This document shows, in pieces, positions 1-6,598 of a DNA stretch of 24,000 nucleotides. Made by a program: the position numbers and the translations under genes. How positions within the stretch are numbered: the first letter of the stretch is position 1; every line of letters starts with the position of its first letter. The notes beneath the pieces were generated by a model. The model was not told where the DNA came from and ran no database searches. It was given only the letters and a program-made list of their open reading frames with translations. This DNA comes from Acinetobacter lwoffii (lineage in GTDB: Bacteria; Pseudomonadota; Gammaproteobacteria; Pseudomonadales; Moraxellaceae), in assembly GCA_002321025.1 (NCBI GenBank), contig DCLL01000023.1:1-24000 (forward strand), written 5' to 3'.

Positions 1-67
1 TGGCGATTTGATTTTACTACTTCGATATTTTTTTAAGCTAACAGTGTCAACCCACCCTAGTTAATTA

Positions 68-520
68 TTAGTTTTTAACGTAACCTTTGTCTACACAGTT
101 ACCAGTGTATGTCCAAATAAGACGACCTGTAGCTGTTCGGCTACCTTCTGCACCAGCTTGTTCTACGGCAGGAGATAAAGTACAAGTATCTGCTTCCACA
201 ATTCCTTTATAGTTATTTGGTGTTGCTACGATTGCTGCAGTAGTTGCTGTGATAGTAATCGTTTTTAGAGCTTTACCAGATAAGTCTGTAGGTAAAACTT
301 CACCAACTTTACCAGCAGTATCACAAGCAGTAAGCGATTTTTCAATTGCATAGCATGTATCTACTGCTGTTTTAATTGGTGCCATTGCAGATGTAACTTC
401 GGTGTAAGCAGCACGCTTAATATAGTTTTGATAAGCTGGAATTGCAATCGCTGCTAAAATACCAATAATAGCGATTACAATCATCAGCTCGATCAACGTA
501 AAGCCTTTTTGAGCGTTCAT
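68..520 (-). CDS. pilA: Type IV major pilin (PilA/ComP-like prepilin)
   Basis: The N-terminus MNAQKG|[27 protein letters not shown] is a class III signal peptide with Gly-1, Phe+1 and Glu+5. GGAGA lies 6 nt upstream of the ATG at 520, so the ORF-track GTG at 532 is probably an over-extension. There are two Cys pairs: C-x9-C and a C-terminal D-region. Confidence 0.9.
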   Translation of the reverse strand: MNAQKGFTLIELMIVIAIIGILAAIAIPAYQNYIKRAAYTEVTSAMAPIKTAVDTCYAIEKSLTACDTAGKVGEVLPTDLSGKALKTITITATTAAIVATPNNYKGIVEADTCTLSPAVEQAGAEGSRTATGRLIWTYTGNCVDKGYVKN

Positions 521-580
521 AACATTCTCCACAAATGTTTTGTTAATTTATTCATAAGCTTTGTAAGCTAATTTATAGTT

Positions 581-596
581 TGCACAAAGTGTGCCA
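581..596 (-). promoter_or_regulatory. Candidate sigma54 (RpoN) -24/-12 promoter for pilA
   Basis: The minus strand reads TGGCAC-ACTTT-GTGCA (GG-N10-GC), one mismatch from TGGCAC-N5-TTGCA. It sits about 60 nt upstream of the pilA ATG. Pilin genes of Pseudomonas and Moraxella are known to be RpoN-dependent. Confidence 0.6.
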
Positions 597-687
597 AAGT
601 ATATTACTAAATAATTTCTCATTAAATCAATGGATTGTTTAATAATTTAAAAATCTAAAAAATATATAAGTAAATTTATGTAACTAA

Positions 688-713
688 GTGACAAAAAGTG
701 TCATTTTTGTCGG
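688..713. promoter_or_regulatory. GTGACA / GTGTCA / TTGTCG repeat cluster, candidate enhancer-binding (PilR-type) site
   Basis: The sequence is gtgacaaaaagtgtcatttttgtcgg. It holds three GACA/TGTC half-sites about 100 bp upstream of the sigma54 core promoter, a typical distance for a bacterial enhancer-binding protein. Function is inferred only. Confidence 0.3.
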
Positions 714-921
714 TTTTGAGAGATGTAAATATAAAGATTGCTTGTAGTAGGAAAAGTTAAATTATTTACAGCTAGGTAAACAGACAACTATATTTAGCTT
801 AGTCATGATTGCTCGTGTGGGGGTGAAAGTAATTTGAAATTGAAAGTGTTGTTCTATGTGGAATGTTTCATACATGGGGGAGTAATAGAATGAAACGGCT
901 TAAAGACTTCAAAGTAACCGC

Positions 922-1203
922 ATGAATACCTCGTCCAGCTGTAAATTTTTTTCCATGCAATTTGGTGATGACGAAGCGACTAGGCGTATTATTCTGCATC
1001 ATGCAAGACGTGTGATTCTTCAGCATAAAGAAGAAATACAGAAGCTGGCTTATAAAAGTGAGTCTGGATTTTTTACTTTGTTTTTAGCTTGTCAAAATTT
1101 TAAAATATCTCACGACCAGTCTGCTTTTATCAAAATTCATCCTATCGCACTGAGTAAAAGCCATTTTCTGATATGGACAAATTGGAAAAATTTGTCTATT
1201 TAA
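922..1203 (+). CDS. Hypothetical 93-aa ORF in the pilin-pilin spacer (doubtful)
   Basis: This is the only ORF of 60 aa or more in the spacer, and I recognise no family. Its ATG overlaps (ATGA) the stop of an 11-codon mini-ORF at 890-925, which has a GGGGGAG SD 8 nt upstream. The region is AT-rich, so this may be chance. Confidence 0.25.
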   Translation: MNTSSSCKFFSMQFGDDEATRRIILHHARRVILQHKEEIQKLAYKSESGFFTLFLACQNFKISHDQSAFIKIHPIALSKSHFLIWTNWKNLSI

Positions 1204-1286
1204 AACGATGTCCATATGGACAAAATGAATTAATAAGTAAAATAATATAATTCAATGGTTTGATGCATGTCTATATAAGGTGACTT

Positions 1287-1724
1287 ATGGAATGTATTGA
1301 ATTAATGATTGTTGTTGCAATTATTGGTATTTTGGCTGCAGTTGCGATTCCTCAGTACCAAAATTATACAGTTAAAGCAAAAGTTGCTAATGCCTTAACA
1401 GCTGCCGAAACCTTAAAAACTGAAGTGGCTTTATGTTCCCAAGAAATAGGAACTGTCACAGGTTGTTCAAACGGTTCAAATGGTATTTCGGCTGCTAACG
1501 CATTTACTGCCACTAAAGAAGTTGCATCAGCAACCGTTGCAGATGGAGTCATTACCGTAGTTCTAGGTACAGGCATTAATGCGAATGTTGATGGTAAAAA
1601 AATTCAATATACTCCTACGGCAGGAACAACTAATTTAACATGGTGTGTTGCAACTAATAGTACTCATGCTGCGGCTGCATCTGCAATTACTAAAAATAGT
1701 GTTGGTACTTGCTCTGTAACCTGA
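1287..1724 (+). CDS. Type IV pilin-like protein lacking the prepilin leader (leaderless or 5'-truncated pilin)
   Basis: [27 protein letters not shown]... aligns to mature pilin positions +1 onward (I4, E5, L6, M7). There is no leader or Gly-1/Phe+1 cleavage site, and an in-frame TGA lies two codons upstream. AAGGTG at 1276-1281 is 5 nt before the ATG. The rest of the ORF is intact, with a C-x9-C pair and a C-terminal disulfide region like pilA. Confidence 0.7.
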   Translation: MECIELMIVVAIIGILAAVAIPQYQNYTVKAKVANALTAAETLKTEVALCSQEIGTVTGCSNGSNGISAANAFTATKEVASATVADGVITVVLGTGINANVDGKKIQYTPTAGTTNLTWCVATNSTHAAAASAITKNSVGTCSVT

Positions 1725-1738
1725 TAAATATAAAAAAA

Positions 1739-1763
1739 CGCATCAACTATGATGCGTTTTTTT
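1739..1763 (+). terminator. Rho-independent terminator after the leaderless pilin
   Basis: Stem cgcatca / tgatgcg (7 bp), loop acta, followed by a T7 run. An A-run upstream makes it potentially bidirectional. Confidence 0.8.
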
Positions 1764-2121
1764 AAATCAAAATTCTCTAACAATAACGAATTCACTATTC
1801 CTAGCTGTTTTTTTATAATCCTCTTTTAACTGCTTTAATCTTACTTTTAGCTTGTTCAATCTCTCATGCAGACGAAAGAACACGTTGCCCTGCTTCCTGT
1901 GCATTTAACTCGATCGCGTCTGATGGCTTTTCTTAATCGAACTATGCTTACGTCCAGCTTCAAGTGCCATCGTGTCAATTAATAGAGAGCCTTTCGAACG
2001 TTTACTCTCCTTTTCTAGCCAAAATCGGGAAATCCAAAACTTTTAATTAATAAGATTAAATTATAAAATTACCTGCTTTTTTTGTTTATCATGTGCAAAA
2101 TTTCTTTTTCCTGAAGCTCAC

Positions 2122-3756
2122 ATGAAATCCACGCTTGCCCTAATCGCGGCAATTCTTATCTCTCTTGCATGGCTCATACCAATACATTACCGTCCCTGGG
2201 TCACCTATACAGGTGAGCTGTATGCCTTTTTTGCGCTCTTTGCCATCGCTGCAATCTGCTTAAGAGATAAAGTAAGAATTCCAGCAGTGAGTCTGCCGCT
2301 ATTGCTTCTTGCCAGTATGTCTTTTATCCAGTTACTCGCAGGGCAGGTGTTTTTCTTTAGTACTGCCATAATGGGCTTTATTTTCGTCTTTAGTTTTTGG
2401 CTCGCGAGTATACTAGGCTATAACCTGTCAACAGGAAGCTATAGCCGGGAAGAAACCTTTACTAATCTGAGCTATGTGTTTCTAGCATCAGGTACAGTCA
2501 CAGGTATTATTGCACTTTGCCAATGGATCAATCTGGATGCAACTTTGCCAGGTATGGTGAATATCAGCGGTAATCAGCGGCCTTATGCCAACTTTGCCCA
2601 GCCCAATAATATGGCAACTTTTCTCGTCATGGCATTGATGAGCTGCCTTTATCTCTATGAAAAGAAAAAAATCCAAACCAAGTGGCTATTTGTATGTGCT
2701 GTAGTGATTGTAATCGGGGTTGCTTTAAGTCAGTCACGTACCGCTTGGGTAGCTGCGATCACGATCATGTTGTATTTAGCTTTCTATCAATATAAAGGTG
2801 TTATCCGCCTGAAGTGGTATTACAGTACCACTTTGTTCATCTTCTTTATTTCTTGTATTGTCGTTTTCCCATTGCTGAGTCAGCTTGCAGCTCAAGCAAT
2901 GGATGCACAAGTTGTGCAAAGTCGTGATGTCGTGTCTCGTGCGACAGGTGATATGTCGCGTATTACAATTTGGCAGCAAATGATCGCCGCCATTCAGGCA
3001 CAGCCATGGTTTGGCTATGGTTGGTATCAAACTAGCGCAGCGTTCGTTTCAATCAGCGATACCGTACAAGGCCCGGTGTGGATTCGGAGTGCGCATAATT
3101 TTATTATCGATTTCCTGCTCTGGAATGGACTGATCATCGGTCTGCCATTTCTTGCGTACTTTGGTTATTTGGGCTATCAGTTACAACGCTGGGTGAATAC
3201 ACCAGAATCTGTCATCGGGATCTTGATGATCGGGGTTTTTGTGACACATGCCATGTTTGAGTTTCCACAGCATTATGCCTATTTCTTGTTGCCAGTAGGT
3301 TTTATTCTGGGTACGGTTCTGGCACAAAATCCAAAAATTAAAACAGTGGTTATGCCATCAATCGGCATGCAATTCATTTTTGCTGTTGGGTTACTTTTAT
3401 TGATTGTGATTTATCGCGACTATGATGTTGCGGTGCCAAAACTTGGACAAAGTATTCGTTATGAAAAGCAACCTGAAAAAATTACCAATGAAAAACCAAT
3501 TTATCTGTTAACCGAGTTTAATCATCGCATTGCCTGGATTCGTCTGAATCCTTATAGCAAAGCGTCTGCTGAACAGATTCAGGAAGGTGAACAAATGGTC
3601 TTGAGTTATCCGACTAAATATAACCTGATCAAATATGCCAAACTTTTAGCTTTTAATGGATATGAGGCGGAAGCCAAGCACCAGCTGCAACGCTTAAAGA
3701 CCATTCAGAAAACTGAAATGAGTTATGAAGAATTAACGCAGGATGTACCTCGCTAA
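2122..3756 (+). CDS. pglL: O-antigen-ligase (Wzy_C) family pilin O-oligosaccharyltransferase, PglL/TfpO/PglS-like
   Basis: The 544-aa protein is polytopic and membrane-bound, with many hydrophobic helices. It has an SQSRTAW-type Wzy_C loop and a soluble C-terminal tail like Acinetobacter PglL-family enzymes. Its position just downstream of a pilin gene on the same strand matches the comP-pglL and pilA-tfpO arrangement. Confidence 0.75.
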   Translation: MKSTLALIAAILISLAWLIPIHYRPWVTYTGELYAFFALFAIAAICLRDKVRIPAVSLPLLLLASMSFIQLLAGQVFFFSTAIMGFIFVFSFWLASILGYNLSTGSYSREETFTNLSYVFLASGTVTGIIALCQWINLDATLPGMVNISGNQRPYANFAQPNNMATFLVMALMSCLYLYEKKKIQTKWLFVCAVVIVIGVALSQSRTAWVAAITIMLYLAFYQYKGVIRLKWYYSTTLFIFFISCIVVFPLLSQLAAQAMDAQVVQSRDVVSRATGDMSRITIWQQMIAAIQAQPWFGYGWYQTSAAFVSISDTVQGPVWIRSAHNFIIDFLLWNGLIIGLPFLAYFGYLGYQLQRWVNTPESVIGILMIGVFVTHAMFEFPQHYAYFLLPVGFILGTVLAQNPKIKTVVMPSIGMQFIFAVGLLLLIVIYRDYDVAVPKLGQSIRYEKQPEKITNEKPIYLLTEFNHRIAWIRLNPYSKASAEQIQEGEQMVLSYPTKYNLIKYAKLLAFNGYEAEAKHQLQRLKTIQKTEMSYEELTQDVPR

Positions 3757-3760
3757 ATAC

Positions 3761-3788
3761 AAAAAAGCCAGTAGATGCTGGCTTTTTC
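3761..3788. terminator. Bidirectional terminator between pglL and bfr
   Basis: The sequence is aaaaaAGCCAGtagatgCTGGCTtttt. The hairpin is flanked by an A-run and a T-run, and sits between convergent genes. Confidence 0.75.
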
Positions 3789-3805
3789 TTGTCTTAATTT
3801 TGAGT

Positions 3806-4270
3806 TTAGAGCTGGCTTTGGATATAGTTTTCGATACCAATACTCTCGATCAGATCGATTTGTGTCGTGGTCCAGTCTAGATAGTTTTCTTCTTTCTCTA
3901 GAATTTCCTGAACCAGATCACGCGTCACATAATCCATTTGGGTTTCAGCCAGTGCGACAGCTTTCTGGATGGCTTCAATATTCTCTTTGACTTTGCGTAC
4001 ATCACAATGCAGCACTTCTTGAGTATGCTGACCAATATACAGTTTGCCCAGATTTTGTAAATTCGGCAGACCTTCCAAAAATAAAATACGTTCAATAATT
4101 TTATCGGCATGTTTCATCTGAACAATGGATTCTTTATATTCTGCCGAGCCCAGTTTCTCAATGCCCCAGTCATTAAACATGCGCGAATGCAGGAAATACT
4201 GGTTAATGGCAGTTAAGTGGTGATACAACACCTGATTGAGCTGATTAATCACATCACGATTGCCTTTCAT
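3806..4270 (-). CDS. bfr: Bacterioferritin
   Basis: The 154-aa protein aligns without gaps to E. coli Bfr as I recall it (INQYFLH, MKHAD, ERILFLEGLPNLQ.LGKL, DW). Met52 is present. GGAG lies about 9 nt upstream of the ATG. Confidence 0.92.
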   Translation of the reverse strand: MKGNRDVINQLNQVLYHHLTAINQYFLHSRMFNDWGIEKLGSAEYKESIVQMKHADKIIERILFLEGLPNLQNLGKLYIGQHTQEVLHCDVRKVKENIEAIQKAVALAETQMDYVTRDLVQEILEKEENYLDWTTTQIDLIESIGIENYIQSQL

Positions 4271-4399
4271 CGCATAACTCCATTTGGACCTGTTTTATCT
4301 TTCTAAGAAAGCGCTCTAATCCTGATAGTAAAGCAAGTCAGGGGCAAATGGCGAGTAATTTATCAAATCAAACGTAAAACCTCGTTTTCAAGGCAGGGA

Positions 4400-5632
4400 T
4401 ATAAATGAGTGACCTAAGCCATACGACATGAAATGTCGTTTCAAATTAACATTTTTAACTTTGGATATTCTATTGGTTATTTTCATTGATAAAATAATCG
4501 CATGAAAACACTTAAATTGCGCATTAAAGATAAACATTCCAAGATATTAGAGCAATTAGCATCTGAAGTGAATTTCGTCTGGAATTATGTCAATGATTTA
4601 AGCTTTAAACACCTTAAAAGAAAAGGTGAATTTCTCAGTGCTTACGATATTGCTGAATATACGAAAGGTACATCTAGGCTTTGTGGATTACATAGTCAAA
4701 CCATTCAGGCTATTACCGAAGAATTAGTCATACGCAGAAAGCAATTCAAGAAGACCAAACTAAGATGGCGGGTCAGTCATAAGAAATCAGCCAGAAGATC
4801 ACTAGGTTGGATACCCTTTAAGAAAGTAGCAATCAAGTATGCTGATGGCCATATCCAGTATGGCAAGCATCAGTTTAAAATATGGGATAGCTATGGACTG
4901 TCAAATTACAGTATCAAGACTGGTTCGTTTGTCGAGGATGCGCGTGGCCGCTGGTATGTCTGCTTAGTTGTGAATAGCCCTAAAATTGAGAAATCGACTG
5001 CGACTAATTTGATTGGGATTGATCTGGGCTTAAAGGATATAGCCACTTGTTCGGATGGTACGATAATTTCAAATCCCAAGTTCTACCGTCAATATGAACA
5101 GAAATTAGGGATTGCTCAACGAGCGAAAAATAGAAAACGGGTCCGTGCATTACACGCCAAGATTGCAAACTGTCGTAAAGACCATTTGCACAAAGCGAGT
5201 ACAATGCTTATAAAGAAAAATGCACTAATTGTTGTAGGCGATCTGAGTGCGAAAAAACTGGTGAAAACCAAGATGGCGAAGTCTGTTCTGGATACCGGAT
5301 TTTCAGCATTCAAGACCATGCTCAAGTATAAATGCGAGAACGCAGGAGTATGGTTTGAAGAAGTTAGTGAAAGTTTCACAACCCAAATGTGTTCATGCTG
5401 TGGTGAGGTCACTGCAAGCAGTCCGAAAGGTAGAGCAGATTTGCGAATAAGAGTATGGGAATGTGAAAACTGTTCAAGTGTTCTGGATCGGGACTTGAAT
5501 AGTGCTAAGAACATACTTGCGCTTGGGCATAAGCGTCTCGCAGGAGGAATCAGCTCTATTTAGAGAGGTGAGGATGTCAAGGAACAGCAAATGAAAATCG
5601 ACATCGAATCGATTCAGACTCAGATGAGTGGC
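4400..5632 (+). mobile_element. IS200/IS605-family tnpB-only element (boundaries approximate)
   Basis: A tnpB ORF sits alone, with no tnpA, between bfr and bfd, genes that are normally adjacent. A perfect hairpin acgacat-gaa-atgtcgt at 4423-4439 has no T-run on either strand, which fits a left-end subterminal hairpin. The right end must lie before the bfd terminator at 5633-5661. The ends were not determined. Confidence 0.5.
4502..5563 (+). CDS. tnpB: TnpB (IS200/IS605 OrfB) RNA-guided endonuclease
   Basis: The 353-aa protein has RuvC-like motifs: IGIDLG (Asp), FEEVSE (Glu) and DRDLNSAKNI (Asp). It also has a zinc ribbon, CSCCG...CENC. The N-terminus KLRIKDKH...NFVWNY is typical of OrfB_IS605. 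Confidence 0.9.
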   Translation: MKTLKLRIKDKHSKILEQLASEVNFVWNYVNDLSFKHLKRKGEFLSAYDIAEYTKGTSRLCGLHSQTIQAITEELVIRRKQFKKTKLRWRVSHKKSARRSLGWIPFKKVAIKYADGHIQYGKHQFKIWDSYGLSNYSIKTGSFVEDARGRWYVCLVVNSPKIEKSTATNLIGIDLGLKDIATCSDGTIISNPKFYRQYEQKLGIAQRAKNRKRVRALHAKIANCRKDHLHKASTMLIKKNALIVVGDLSAKKLVKTKMAKSVLDTGFSAFKTMLKYKCENAGVWFEEVSESFTTQMCSCCGEVTASSPKGRADLRIRVWECENCSSVLDRDLNSAKNILALGHKRLAGGISSI

Positions 5633-5661
5633 AATAAAAACCCGCCAGAGTCAAAGGCGGG
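5633..5661 (-). terminator. Rho-independent terminator of bfd
   Basis: The minus strand reads CCCGCC-tttgactct-GGCGGG followed by TTTTTATT, about 65 nt downstream of the bfd stop. Confidence 0.7.
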
Positions 5662-5724
5662 GGAGGAGTAATGATCAAAGATCATTGTTTTTCATTATGC
5701 TTATTGGGAGAAATCTTTCTAAAT

Positions 5725-5919
5725 TTATGCTGCAACAGCCAGTCGAGCTGCAATTTGTGAAACCTCATCACTGATGATCATGCGGGCTTCTGGTGCGCAG
5801 CGGCCACAGCAAGTTCCCAAGTCCAACATATCGCGGACATCACGATAACTTTCAGCGCCATTTGCAATAGCATCTTTAATGTCTTGATCTGTAATGCCAC
5901 GGCATAGACAAACGTACAT
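5725..5919 (-). CDS. bfd: Bacterioferritin-associated ferredoxin (2Fe-2S)
   Basis: MYVCLCRGITD...GTCCGRC carries the C-x-C...C-x2-C cluster ligands typical of Bfd. The ATG at 5919 is preferred over the TTG at 5928. Confidence 0.9.
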   Translation of the reverse strand: MYVCLCRGITDQDIKDAIANGAESYRDVRDMLDLGTCCGRCAPEARMIISDEVSQIAARLAVAA

Positions 5920-5954
5920 AGGACACAACCACAGTGATTAAATAAGATAAGTAA

Positions 5955-5976
5955 TATTATTGATAATTGTTATCGT
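5955..5976. promoter_or_regulatory. Fur-box-like operator upstream of bfd
   Basis: The minus strand reads GATAACAATTATCAATAAT, which matches 13 of 19 positions of GATAATGATAATCATTATC by hand count. It contains the inverted repeat GATAA-ttg-TTATC and lies about 40-55 nt upstream of the bfd start. bfd is Fur-regulated in other gammaproteobacteria. Confidence 0.45.
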
Positions 5977-6139
5977 TTGTCAATAAAAATCATTTGAAAT
6001 AGCTTTTATCATGATTGATGATTTAGATAAAAAAACACCACCTGAGCGGAAATCTAAGTATTAATTAAATTTCCGCGCAAGAGCGATTCATGATTTAGAA
6101 TGAGATATTGCAGGGTGGGGACTGAGTGATTTTTATAAC

Positions 6140-6523
6140 TTATTGATTAATTATGACAATGCCATCCATTTCAACCAAGGCATCTTTAGGCAGGCCGGCC
6201 ACACCTAAAGCGGCACGTGCTGGATAGGGCTGGGCAAAATACTCACCCATAATTTGATTGACCAGTTGAAAGTGAGATAAGTCGGTCAGGAAAATATTCA
6301 GTTTGGCAATATCTGCCAAAGAGCCACCAGCGGCTTCACAGACTGCTTTTAAGTTATCAAACACCCGGCGAATTTGAGCTTCAATGCCTTCAACCAGTTC
6401 CATACTATAAGGATCCAGGCCAATTTGACCTGATAGATATAAGGTATCACCCACTAAAATGGCTTGCGAATAAGTGCCAATCGCAGCAGGGGCATTTTCA
6501 GTATGGATTACTTGGCGGGACAT
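6140..6523 (-). CDS. ridA: RidA/YjgF-family reactive enamine/imine deaminase
   Basis: The 127-aa protein reads [14 protein letters not shown]...GQIGLDP...[20 protein letters not shown], typical of RidA. AAGGAGA lies upstream, and a position downstream of spoT is common. Confidence 0.9.
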   Translation of the reverse strand: MSRQVIHTENAPAAIGTYSQAILVGDTLYLSGQIGLDPYSMELVEGIEAQIRRVFDNLKAVCEAAGGSLADIAKLNIFLTDLSHFQLVNQIMGEYFAQPYPARAALGVAGLPKDALVEMDGIVIINQ

Positions 6524-6598
6524 TAATTTCTCCTTTTATCATCGACATACATCATATTCGATCAATTCGGCCGATCAAAGCACTATCGTTTTAAATGA

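Noticed and set aside
1778-1978. Minus-strand small ORF MALEAGRKHSSIKKSHQTRSS-stop-MHRKQGNVFFRLHERLNKLKVRLKQLKEDYKK..., about 66 codons if the single in-frame TAA is ignored. It is vaguely ribbon-helix-helix or leucine-zipper-like, and lies between the leaderless pilin and the OTase.
   Set aside because: It is too short, interrupted by a stop, has no SD at a usable distance, and I cannot support the resemblance without a search. It may be a gene remnant, but that cannot be called from sequence alone.
5116-5514. 132-aa ORF antisense to tnpB. The same class includes 5004-5204, 1364-1576, 2488-2676, 2776-3030, 3775-3990 and 3925-4110.
   Set aside because: These lie wholly inside well-supported genes on the opposite strand or in another frame. 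They have no recognisable motifs or SD and are typical shadow ORFs.
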